Below, one piece after another: positions 50,960 through 61,908 of a stretch of 64,000 nt of DNA. The position numbers and the translations under genes were made by a program. The stretch lies in the NCBI RefSeq assembly GCF_964213995.1, contig NC_135810.1:63426001-63490000 (forward strand). Reading direction: 5' to 3'. Source of the stretch: Mustelus asterias (Eukaryota). A model generated the notes under the pieces. That model searched no databases. It saw only the letters and a list, made by a program, of their open reading frames with translations, and was not told the DNA's origin. Positions within the stretch are counted from its first letter, which is position 1, and the number at the start of each line of letters is the position of its first letter.

Positions 50960-52024
50960 TTCTGTGGAAACCTTTTTATCTAATCTTTTTGGCCAGGTAG
51001 TTGCTTCCCTAAGTTTGGCAAATTGAATTGAAGCCAATTTTTGCTCTGACTTCTCTTTAAAAAATTGTTCCTATACATGCATGGTTGTCACTTGTGGTAC
51101 TGACTCCGGATCTGGGCTGCAACGTTCTTCAAGCCGTGCTTGTTAAGACACTCAGGATGAGATTTTCCAGCTGCACATGCCCCAAGACTGGAAATTCTGC
51201 CTGAGCTCAATGGATCTTTAAATGGTCTGCTGAATTTTGTGTCTCACCCGCTAGGATTGCTGTGGCGGGCGGGACAGGAAATTTCCAGCCTCAGTCTGTC
51301 CGTGCTGCCTGATCATTTTGCCAAATTTAAAAGCGTATTTCAGCAGTTTTTTTTGGAGTTTGCTCATCCTTTTGTGATTGGGCTAAGACCTTCGATTCTG
51401 CTTTCGATCGGGTCTTGCCACAGACCCTAATGTACTCTTTTACGCTACAAAGTGAATCTTTCTTCTGCCTTTCAGCCTCATGCCTGTACTGGAGTTTCTT
51501 CAGCAATCTCTCAGGTCAGATTACAGTTTCTTTATTTCTGAATTCTTAGGGATTTTGGACATTAACCTGTTGCCATCATGTTGTAAGGTTGTCTCATGAA
51601 GAGGTCTGGAGGCTTGTATGGTTGAACAATAAATGTTTATTAATAACACAAACTATATACAGTATATAGGACTGACAAAGTGCCTTCTTTATGCCAACTT
51701 CTCCCAGATTCACACTCACACACTCCTATGTAACTCTCCATCTCACAATATGGGTGGTACTACTGTTTCCCATTCCCACATTAACCTTTACGGTCCAGTC
51801 TCACTGCACTCTCTCTCAGGGCTTCCTGTTTATACCTGCCGGTCTTGCTGTGCTCTCTTTCAGTCCTGATATATTATACCTGCTGGATTTAGTGCGCTCT
51901 CTCTCAGTCCTGATATATTATACCTGGCAGATTCACTGTGCTCTCTCCCAGGGCTGCTTTCTTTCGCCTGTTACCAGTCTTGCTTATCCACCTTTTCTTT
52001 CCTTTCCAGCAACTTGACCCCACA
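50960..52024 (-). mobile_element. Old LTR (51579-~52024) with a PBS-like TGATGGCA and a decayed gag
   Basis: Minus strand reads ..AATAAA..CTTACAACA|TGATGGCAACAGG. The LTR holds ~40-bp tandem units at 51795-51955. Confidence 0.5.
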
Positions 52025-52778
52025 TGTGTTGCCTCTTTTTATTCTCCCTGCCATGCTATCGGCCAAAATGGATACAAATCCCTTTATCCTTGTGTGCGAA
52101 CAAGAGGTTTCTGGAGAATCCCTGAGCTCAGGACAAATTCCTACAATGGACGTTGCAGGCAAGGGCAGTATTTGTTGCCTTTTTTTAATTGCCCCTGAGA
52201 AGGTGATAGTTAGCTGGGGTATTAACTGAGCTTCACAGTGCCAATGCTGGTGTCAAATCAGTGTTACACCAGCCAGCACCAGAAGTGTTTATGTGCACTG
52301 CAGAGGTCATTTTGAAGGTATTGTGCCACTCCTAGCACTGAGGAACTGGGTGTCTCAGAGCCCAACTAACCGCCCTGATCTCTTGCACACACCACAAGTC
52401 CCCTCTGTGTCATGGCAGAGCACATCTGTCTGAAACTGGCCATCATCAAGCGACTGCTGTTATATTTTAGCAGGGGATTAACTTTATCTATTTCCCAGTG
52501 GAAATGAAATATCCATTGGAGAGGAAACAGGTTTTCATTTACTTCATGTTAGCTTCCCCAGTAGTGCAGGACTTTCTGAGTGGTACATGAATTGCATCGC
52601 CAGAAGGTTCCTTAGTATAATCCAGATGTATACACCAACTAAGAAAAAAAAATGCTTCATTCATGCCATTCATATACAGCCGGTTTATAAGCACAAAGTT
52701 GTTATTCTACACCTTAATACCCATTCTACAGAGACTAGCCACAATGGGCCTGACTTTAACTGGGGGTTTTCAGAACGA

Positions 52779-53068
52779 GGGGTCACAGTCTAAGAATAAG
52801 GGGTAAGCCATTCAGGACTGAGATGAGGAAAAACGTCTTCACTCGGAGAGTTGCGAACCTGTAGAATTCTCTACCACAGAAAACTGTTGAGGCCAGTTTG
52901 TTAGATATGTTCAAGAGGGAGCTGGACGTGGCCCTTGTGGCTAAAGGCATCAAGGGGTATGGAGAGGAAGCTGGAGTGGGATACTGAAAGTGTATGATCA
53001 TATTGAATGGTGGTGCAGGCTCGAAAGGCCGAATGGCCTCCTGTTGGTACCTATTTTCTATGTTTCTA
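52779..53068 (+). mobile_element. CR1 3' end
   Basis: Nearly identical, in inverted orientation, to 15376-15670. TTTCTATG tail. Confidence 0.92.
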
Positions 53069-53574
53069 ACTTTGTGATGGTGGGAGGTTTTTGAATCTCA
53101 CCCAATAGTGCATTTATCTGCTGCAGATCTTTTATATGAAGGAGGCAATAAAATGAATAGTTGGATCTTGAGTGACCAAGGTTGTTAAATAGGTGAATAT
53201 CCATTTACCGAATCAAGCAACAGAAGACATTCTGATGGTTCACAACATTGTGATTATTGTGGTAAAATAGCTCAGTTCAGTAAAAACAATGGTCTTCACT
53301 TTTCCCTTCTGGATCCTTGCCCTGCACAGAAGCAACCATCCACCCCCTACCTCCCCCCCATTGGCCCCCCCGTGCCCCCCCCCCGCCCACCACCGTCCAA
53401 CACCGTCCAACACCATCAGAGGAAACCTCAGCTCTTAAATACAAGCTTCAGTGAGCATCTCCTGCTAACTTCACCGCCTATACCATTCACCCCACTTGGA
53501 AACACTCACACAGCAGTGGATATGGTGATATTTTGGTTAATTTATTCAACTGAAACTCCAAAAGCTTCACGAAT

Positions 53575-56225
53575 AATAGAACATAGAACATAGAACAAAT
53601 ACAGCACAAACAGGCCCTTCGGCCCACAAGTTGCGCTGGTCATGTCCCTACCTACCTAGGCTTATATATAGGCTTACCTATAACTCTCAATCCTATTAAG
53701 TTCCATGTACTCATCCAGAAGTCTCTTAAAAGACTCTATTGAGTTTGCCTCCACCACCACTGACGGCAGCCGATTTCACTCACCCACCACCCTCTGAGTG
53801 AAAAACTTACCCCTGACATCTCCTCTGTACCTACTCCCCAGCACCTTAAACCTGTGTCCTCTCATAGCAGCCATTTCAGCCCCGGGAAAAAGCCTCCGAG
53901 AATCCACCGATCTATACCTCTCAACATCTTGTACACCTCTATCAGGTCACCTCTCACCCTTCGTCTCTCCAAGGAGAAAAGACCGAGCTCCCTCAACCTA
54001 TCAGCATAAGGCATGCCAACCAATCCAGGCAACATCCTTGTAAATCTTCTCTGCACCCTTTCAATAATTTCCACATCCCTCCTGTAATGAGGCGACCAGA
54101 ACTGAGCACAGTACTCTAAGTGGGGTCTGACGAGGGTCTTATAAAGCTGCATCATTATCTCCCGACTCCTAAACTCAATCTCTCGATTGATGAAGGCCAG
54201 CACACCATATGCCTTCTTAACCACCTCCTCTACCTGCGAGGCCAATTTAAGAGTCCTATGGACCCGGACCCCAAGGTCCTTCTAATTCTCTACACTGCTA
54301 AGAGTCTTACCCTTGATATTATACTCCTTCATCCCATTTGACCTGCCAAAATGGACCACTACACATTTATCCGGGTTGAAGTCCATCTGCCACTTCTCCG
54401 CTCAGTCTTGCATCCTATCTATGTCACGCTTCAGCTTCTGACATCCCTCCAAACTATCCACAACACCCCCAACCTTCGTGTCATCGGCAAACTTACCAAC
54501 CCATCCCTCCACTCCCTCATCCAGGTCATTTATGAAAATGACAAACAGCAAGGGTCCCAGAACAGATCCCTGGGGCACTCCACTGGTGACCGACCTCCAT
54601 TCAGAAAAAGACCCATCTACAACCACTCTCTGCCTTCTGCAGGCAAGCCAGTTCTGGATCCACAAGACAACAGCCCCTTGGATCCCATGCCCTCTCACTT
54701 TCTCGAGACGTCTTGCATGGGGGACCTTATCGAACGCCTTGCTGAAGTCCATGTAAACCACATCTACTGCTTTTCCTTCGTCAATGTGTTTAGTCACATT
54801 TTCAAAGAACTCCACCAGGCTCGTAAGGCACGATTTGCCTTTGACTAAGCCGTGCTGACTACTTTTGAGCATACTAAACTTCTCTAAATGTTCAGAAATC
54901 CTGTCCCTCAGGATCGTCTCCATCAACTTACCAACCACTGAGGTTAGACTCACTGGTCGGTAATTCCCTGGGCTGTCCCTATTCCCTTTCTTGAATATCG
55001 GAACCACATCCGCAATCCTCCAATCCTCCGGAACCTCTCCCGTCTCCATCGACGACGCAAAGATCATTGCCAGAGGCTCTGCAATCTCTTCCCTCACCTC
55101 CCACAGTCACCTGGGGTACATCCCATCCGGTCCCAGCGACTTATCATAGAAATCATAGAAACCTACAGTGCAGAAGGAGGCCATTCGGCCCATCGAGTCT
55201 GCACCGACCACAATCCCACCCAGGCCCCACCCCCACATATTTTACCCGCTAATCCCTCTAACCTACACATCCCGGGACTCCAAGGGGCAATTTTTTAACC
55301 TGGCCAATCAACCTAACCCGCACATCTTTGGACTGTGGGAGGAAACCGGAGCACCCGGAGGAAACCCACGCAGACACGAGGAGAATGTGCAAACTCCACA
55401 CAGACAGTGACCCGAGCCGGGAATCGAACCCGGGACCCTGGAGCTGTGAAGCAGCAGTGCTAACCACTGTGCCACCGTGCCGCCCTCCACTGTGCTACCG
55501 TGCCGCCCTTATCTATCTTGATGCTATTCAAAATTTCCAACACATCCTCTTTCTTAATGTCCACATACTCAATCTTTTCAGTCCACCTCAATCCTGTAGT
55601 ACAACCACCCAGGTCTTTTTCCACCGTGAATACCGAGGTAAAATATTCATTAAGCACCTCTGCTATTTCTTCCGGTTCTGTACAGACTTTCTCACCTTCA
55701 CATTTTATAGGTCCCATTCCTTCACACCTCATCCTTTTACTCTTCACATATTTATAGAACGCCTTAGGGTCCTCCTTAATCTTACCTACCAAGGCCTTCT
55801 CGTGACCCCTTCTGGCTCTCCTAATTTCTTTCTTAAGTCCCTTCCTACAAGCCGTATACTCATCTAGATCCCTATCGTCACCTAGCTCTCTGAACCTTTT
55901 GTACGCTTTCCTTTTCTTTTTGACTAGGTTCAGCGCAGCTTTCGTGCACCACGGTTCCCGTAACCTACCAAAACCTCCCTATCTCATCGGAACGTTGTCA
56001 TGCAGAACTCCAGACAAACATTCCTTGAAAATCTGCCACCTTACTTTGGTACTTTTCGTCGAGAATACCTCCTTCCAATTTACGCCTCTAATCTCCTGCC
56101 TGATGGCTTCATATTTCCCCTTACTCCAGATAAACACTTTCCTAGCTTGCCTAATCCTACCTCTTTCCAATGCTAGCGTAAAGGAGATAGAGTTATGATC
56201 ACTATCCCCAAGATGCTCCCCCACT
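53575..56225 (-). mobile_element. CR1 LINE ORF2 (end of APE domain plus RT), 5'-truncated, with a SINE insertion
   Basis: [49 protein letters not shown] and VRPHLEYC motifs. (CATAGAA)n tail. Confidence 0.97.
55146..55507 (-). mobile_element. Young HE1 SINE inside CR1, TSD CTTATC, duplicated 5' end
   Basis: CTTATC at 55140-55145 and 55508-55513. Intact A and B boxes. Confidence 0.95.
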
Positions 56226-56904
56226 GATGCTCCCCCACTAATAGATGATAAGTGATCTCAAATCGCACCATAGAATTCAGTTTAAAAAAGTACATTAGCT
56301 GAAAATAAAAAGCTGGCATCAATCAAATAACTATGAAGTGACTAAATTGTCAGAAAAATCAAACTGATCCATGAATCTCCTTTTGGAAAGCAAACTGACT
56401 GCCCTTAACTGATCCACCTATGTTCCTTAGCTCGTGGAAGAATGGATTGAAGGTTATAAATTTTTGCAGCAAAAATGTACCTGCACCACATAATCCCAAT
56501 TTTGCAACGATTGTAGAATTAGGGCATTTATATCTGTGCTGTAAAAGTAAATTTTGTTGTGTTCAATTGAATGCAGCATTTACCTGAGGGATGGCCAGCA
56601 TCTGTCCTCTTGTTTTCTTTGAATTCCATGTCATTGATCTAAAGCCAAAAGAAAAGGTTCATTGAATCTGCCACTGGCATGATTAGACTTTCTAAGCATT
56701 ATTATTATTGTTCGGAATACTGAATTCTGTTCCGTCATACAGTTTCGTGAAAATGGTTAATTTTGAAAATGCAGAAAATGTTGAAAGAGAAACAAAAAGT
56801 CAATTGGTATTCATAAGACAACAGATGAGGGATGATTTCTATCGTCCCGTTACAAGTGTGAAACCATACTCATGGACAGCACAGGACAGAAAATTAGTGG
56901 TGCA

Positions 56905-57209
56905 GGAGTGAATTTTAACCTCCCCCCCACTTCCCATGTCCACCTCCAACCCCCGCTTGGCGGAAACCAGGTGGGCAAATAATTAAGATGTCCCGTGTGA
57001 TTTACTGGCCTGCCCCCCCTTCCATGGCGTGTTTCGCAGCGGCAGAGGTTGCCTGCCATTGGCTGCAGCAGGGTCTTCTTGTCTCATTGCTGCCAACGGG
57101 GTTTCCTGTTGTTTGCACCTCCTTCCACCGGGGAACATGTAGTGGGGAGGTTCACCGTTGACGGGACTGGACGATCTTGCCAGGGTGAATGGCCGGAAAA
57201 TTCCGGCCA
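56905..57209. mobile_element. Short Harbinger-like MITE(s)
   Basis: Related in inverted orientation to 13495-13702 and 1400-1500. Ends in ggaaaattccggcc. Confidence 0.5.
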
Positions 57210-57923
57210 CTATCTCTGATCTCACCAGTTCCTTCACATTAACCTGTCACTCTGTATAGATAAGCCAGGCACCATGGAAAAGAATTGAGACCCTCCTTTA
57301 ACTTTGACAACCGGCCTCCAACTATTGTTGCCTGCCAGCAATCTTAACCTCAGACCTTAGGTATGGTTCCTCTTGCTCACTATGATCCCAGACACATACC
57401 CGTCCCATTTCCTTTAATGTCAGGGATCATTTGAGTACGATCCTGGAATTGGCTTCCTACCATATGCTGGGTCGGAGCTGGAAACTGAGTCTGAACATGT
57501 TCAGATCTCCTGGTCTCGTAATTCTGTAGGCCTCTGATGCGCGTTATCATACACGAGGCTAGATGCTCAGAAAATAAAGGCTTTTATTTGCTGTAACAAG
57601 GCAGCTACCAATTATATACACGATCCCAGACTGAGGGGTCCCAGCCAGAGCAGGGACCTTTATACCTCTCCCAGGAGGCGGAGCCCGACTGGGATGTACC
57701 ACAATACTACAATACAAAGGTGTAACAACCCCACCCTAACCTCAACAGCAACAAGTAGAACAACCCATCCCTAACCCAACAGCAACATATATACATACTT
57801 GTAGTACTGGCCAGACCCTGGCTCAGTACTATCTAGTGGGAACCAACGATGGTTCACCACATTCACCCCTCCTTTGAAAACAAAGGCCGGCGGGGTACAA
57901 AAACAGAATAATTTGTCATCAGT

Positions 57924-60626
57924 CTATAAGTTCAGACCGTCAGGGGGACCGCACCGTCGTTGTGACCTCCTCAATACCAGCGATGACACCGGAGTAGGCA
58001 CTCGCGGTGGCGTTCTCCCCAAGGCGATGTCCAGCTGTTCCTCCACAGACTCACGGGCCGGTTGACCCTGAGGTGACGGTAATCCATGGAGTTCCGACAC
58101 GCCCTGAAGTGGCGACCATCCTCTGGACTCAGGCAAGCTGTACACGGGAGTAAAAGGGTTAAGTAATGGTCCCGATGCTGTCCGCGCCGTGTCCGGGAGG
58201 GAAACAAGAGTTAAAGGGTTTGTAACAGGGGGTATGGGAGCGACAGGGGTTGCTACGTCCCCTGCTGGCGCCAGGTCTCGGATCGAGACCGTGTCCTCTC
58301 GCCCGTCAGGGTATGCCACATAGGCATACTGAGGGTTGGCGTGGAGGAAATGGACCTGTTCAACCAACGGGTCGGACTTGCGGGCCCTTACATGTCGCCG
58401 CAGGAGGACAGGTCCTGAGTACGTCAACCAAGACGGTAATGAGGTCCCCGAGGAAGACTTCCGAGGGAATGAAAACATCCTCTCATGGGGAGTAGCATTG
58501 GTTGCCGTACACAGAAGTGAGCGAATAGAATGGAGCGCATCAGGGAGCACCTCTTGCCAACGGGAGACTGGAAGGCTTTTTGACTTCAACGCCAGTAAGA
58601 CTGCCTTCCAGACTGTAGCATTCTCACGTTCCACCTGTCCGTTACCCCTAGGGTTGTAGCTCGTGGTTCTACTAGAGGCAATCCCGTATGAGAGCAGGTA
58701 TTGCCTCAAGTCATCGCTCATGAACGACGAGCCCCTGTCACTGTGAATGTAGCCGGGGTACCCGAACAGGGTAAAAAGATCACGGAATGCCTTGATAACC
58801 GTGGCAGCGGATGTATCAGAGCAGGGAACAACAAAAGGGAATCTAGAGTACTCGTCAATGATGTTGAGGAAGTACACATTCCGATCTGTTGAGGGAAGGG
58901 GGCCCTTAAAATCGACACTCAGTCTCTCGAAGGGACGAGTGGCCTTGACTACATGTGCCCGGTCAGGTCGGTAAAAGTGCGGTTTGCATTCCGCGCATAC
59001 CCGACAGCTTCTTGTTATGGACCTGACGTCCTCCACCGAGTAGGGCAGATTGCAGGCTTTTATAAAGTGGTAGAGCCGAGTGACCCCAGGATGGCATAGT
59101 TCATTATGGAGAGCCTGCAAACGGTCCTCCTGTATACTGGCGCATGTTCCACGCGAGAGGGCATCCGAGGGCTCATTGAGTTTCCCTGGACGATACATGA
59201 TGTCATAGTTATAGGTGGAGAGTTCAATTCTCCACCGCAAGATCTTGTCATTCTTGATCTTGCCCCTCTGCGTGTTATTAAACATGAACGCCACGGACCG
59301 CTGGTCTGTGATCAGGGTGAACCATTTTCCCGCCAAGTAATGGCGCCAGTGCCTGACGGCCTCCACAATGGCCTGGGCCTCCTTTTCCACCGCTGAATGC
59401 CGAATTTCAGGGCCTTGGAGGGTGCGGGAAAAAAATGCGACGGGCCTGCCCGCCTGGTTAAGTGTGGCGGCCAGGGCGAAATCAGATGCATCGCTCTCCA
59501 CCTGAAAGGGGATGGACTCATCAACAGCGTGCATCATACCTTTCACGATGTCGGCTTTTAATTTATCGAAGGCCAATCGGGCCTCTGGCGTTAGGGGAAA
59601 AGTAGTGGACTTAATGAGCGGACGAGCTTTGTCCGCGTAATTGGGAATCCACTGCGCATAATAAGAGAAGAAGCCTAAGCATCTTCTCAGTGCTTTTGCA
59701 CTAGTGGGCAGGGGAAGTTCAGAAAGGGGGCGCATACGGTCTGGATCAGGGCCAATGAACCCGTTTTCCACCACGTATCCTAGGATGGCTAAACGGCGCG
59801 TACGAAACACACACTTCTCCCTGTTGTAGGTCAGATTCAGGCGAGATGCAGTGCGTAGGAAGCTCAGGAGATACGTGTCGTGGTCCTGCTGGTCATGGCC
59901 GCAGATGGTGACATTATCCAGGTACGGGAAGGTAGCCCGCAGCCCGTTCTGGTCCACCATTCGGTCCATAGCACGCTGGAAGACTGACACCCCATTGGTG
60001 ACACCAAAGGGAACCCTGAGAAAGTGATACAAACGACCATCCGCCTCAAAAGCTGTGTATTGTCGGTCCTCTGGGCGAATGGGGAGTTGGTGGTAGGCAG
60101 ACTTGAGGTCTATGGTGGAGAACACCCGGTACTGCGCAATCTGATTGACCATGTCAGATATGCGTGGGAGGGGATACGCATCCAGCTGCGTATATCGATT
60201 AATGGTCTGACTATAGTCAATGACCATCTGGGGTTTGTTCCCGCTCTTGACCACCACGACCTGCGCTCTCCACGGACTAGCGCTGGGTTGTATGATCCTT
60301 TCCTTGAGGAGCCGCTGAACCTCAGATCGAATGAAGATCCGATCCTCAGCGCTGTAACGCCTATTCTTAGTCACAATGGGCTTGCAGCCTGGCACAAGAT
60401 TCTGGAACAGGGAGGGTGTGGTGATCTTCAGCGTCGAGAGGCTACAGGCGGGGCGCGTTGGGCAATTTGGAGGCTGGTGTTCTCCCACTGAAAGCGAAGG
60501 GAGTGGCCCACCGTACTGTAGGGTTACACTCCTCAAGTGGACCATGAAGTTTAGTCCGAGAAGTATTGGCGCGCAAAGGTGCGGCAACACTAGGAGCTTG
60601 AAACACTCGTAAACTGTGCCTTGCAC
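57924..60626 (-). CDS. pol: Gypsy Pol: PR C-terminus, RT, RNase H, integrase
   Basis: 900-aa open frame with FSTIDLKSAYHQL, PFG, YLDN, ESDAS, TDQRS, H-H-C-C, VDFKGP, HSDRG and NGQVER. No chromodomain or env. Confidence 0.95.
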   Translation of the reverse strand: MQGTVYECFKLLVLPHLCAPILLGLNFMVHLRSVTLQYGGPLPSLSVGEHQPPNCPTRPACSLSTLKITTPSLFQNLVPGCKPIVTKNRRYSAEDRIFIRSEVQRLLKERIIQPSASPWRAQVVVVKSGNKPQMVIDYSQTINRYTQLDAYPLPRISDMVNQIAQYRVFSTIDLKSAYHQLPIRPEDRQYTAFEADGRLYHFLRVPFGVTNGVSVFQRAMDRMVDQNGLRATFPYLDNVTICGHDQQDHDTYLLSFLRTASRLNLTYNREKCVFRTRRLAILGYVVENGFIGPDPDRMRPLSELPLPTSAKALRRCLGFFSYYAQWIPNYADKARPLIKSTTFPLTPEARLAFDKLKADIVKGMMHAVDESIPFQVESDASDFALAATLNQAGRPVAFFSRTLQGPEIRHSAVEKEAQAIVEAVRHWRHYLAGKWFTLITDQRSVAFMFNNTQRGKIKNDKILRWRIELSTYNYDIMYRPGKLNEPSDALSRGTCASIQEDRLQALHNELCHPGVTRLYHFIKACNLPYSVEDVRSITRSCRVCAECKPHFYRPDRAHVVKATRPFERLSVDFKGPLPSTDRNVYFLNIIDEYSRFPFVVPCSDTSAATVIKAFRDLFTLFGYPGYIHSDRGSSFMSDDLRQYLLSYGIASSRTTSYNPRGNGQVERENATVWKAVLLALKSKSLPVSRWQEVLPDALHSIRSLLCTATNATPHERMFSFPRKSSSGTSLPSWLTYSGPVLLRRHVRARKSDPLVEQVHFLHANPQYAYVAYPDGREDTVSIRDLAPAGDVATPVAPIPPVTNPLTLVSLPDTARTASGPLLNPFTPVYSLPESRGWSPLQGVSELHGLPSPQGQPARESVEEQLDIALGRTPPRVPTPVSSLVLRRSQRRCGPPDGLNL

Positions 60627-61908
60627 CGTTAGTTACCACGCAACTCCCTAGCACGGTGACAGACCGGGACCTTGATGCCATAGAAATTGTCTGTTTGACA
60701 GGTTGAATCCGGAGTCCACACCGCTTCACAGCGTCTGGGTGGATAAAGCTCTCAGTGCTCCCGCTGTCAAACAGACAATAACTCAAGTGGTCATTTACCT
60801 GAATGTCCATCATAGATTTGTCAAGTCTATGAGGCTTGGCCTGGTCCAGGATGATCGATGCCACCGTTGGTTCATGAGCGCCACTGCAGGCAGCTGAAAT
60901 CGACGAGGATGACCCCTGCTGGTCATTCGCGGTCGGTGCCGACCAACATGGCCGCTCCCATAGGTCGCACGTGGGTGATGGCGCCAAACTCAGCGACCCC
61001 TGGTGGTCACACATCTCCGACTCCGTCGACCGTAATGGCATCGTCCTGGCCTCGCACGTGGACAAAACCCTCGACGATGTCGACGACGAAGAACCGGGCT
61101 CTGAGGAATCGCAGGCCGCACTGCTGTTCCTAGATTTAGATTGGCACACTTTCGAATAGTGCCCCTTCTTACCGCAGGCGGAGCACAACAAAGCTTTAGC
61201 GGGACACCGTTGCCAAGTATGCTTCGCTCCCCCACAGAAGTAACACCGCGGGCCGCCCGGAGCTGCTGCCGTCGTCTGGCCCGAGTGTGAGCACGCCATT
61301 ACGCAGCATTTCAAACCCGAGGGACGAGGAGGGATTGGCGACTGCTCCTGCCACGTTGTCTCCACGTGGTCTTCAGGATACAATACTAGGCTTTTGGAGG
61401 CCGTCTCCAGCATCTCCGCTAGTTCTATTGCCTGGGTAAGGTCAAGGTTAACTTTCTCCCGTAGTTTGAGTCGAATGTACGACGATCCGACTCCCGCCAC
61501 AAACGCATCTTGGGCGAGGTCGTTCATACTCTGCTCAGCCGACACAGCTTTGCAGTTACAGCTCTTGGCTAGCTGTAGGAGCTCGTTCGCGTATTCCTCC
61601 ATCGTTTCGCCAGACTGCCGTCGTCGAGTGGCTAAGAGGTAACGAGCGTGTATTTCGTTGGGCGGTTTAATATAACGCTTCTTCAGAAGCTCGAGGGCCT
61701 TTGTGTAATCAGTGGCCGCACGGATCGCGAGGTAGACAGTGTCGCTTACCCTCGCATGGAGGACCCGGAGTCTGTCATCATCTGTGGTGACCGCTGCGGA
61801 GGCTGCCAGGTAGTCTTCGAAACGCTTCAGCCAGTGGTCGAAGGTGTTAGAGGCGCCCACCACACGTGGATCTAGTGTAAGGCGTTCCGGCTTCAGTATC
61901 TGCTCCAT
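60442..61908 (-). CDS. gag: Gypsy Gag (two CCHC knuckles) plus N-terminal part of the aspartic protease
   Basis: 488-aa ORF with CYFCGGAKHTWQRC, CSACGKKGHYSKVC and CLFDSGSTESFI. The last ~63 aa are out of frame. Confidence 0.9.
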   Translation of the reverse strand: MEQILKPERLTLDPRVVGASNTFDHWLKRFEDYLAASAAVTTDDDRLRVLHARVSDTVYLAIRAATDYTKALELLKKRYIKPPNEIHARYLLATRRRQSGETMEEYANELLQLAKSCNCKAVSAEQSMNDLAQDAFVAGVGSSYIRLKLREKVNLDLTQAIELAEMLETASKSLVLYPEDHVETTWQEQSPIPPRPSGLKCCVMACSHSGQTTAAAPGGPRCYFCGGAKHTWQRCPAKALLCSACGKKGHYSKVCQSKSRNSSAACDSSEPGSSSSTSSRVLSTCEARTMPLRSTESEMCDHQGSLSLAPSPTCDLWERPCWSAPTANDQQGSSSSISAACSGAHEPTVASIILDQAKPHRLDKSMMDIQVNDHLSYCLFDSGSTESFIHPDAVKRCGLRIQPVKQTISMASRSRSVTVLGSCVVTNGARHSLRVFQAPSVAAPLRANTSRTKLHGPLEECNPTVRWATPFAFSGRTPASKLPNAPRL

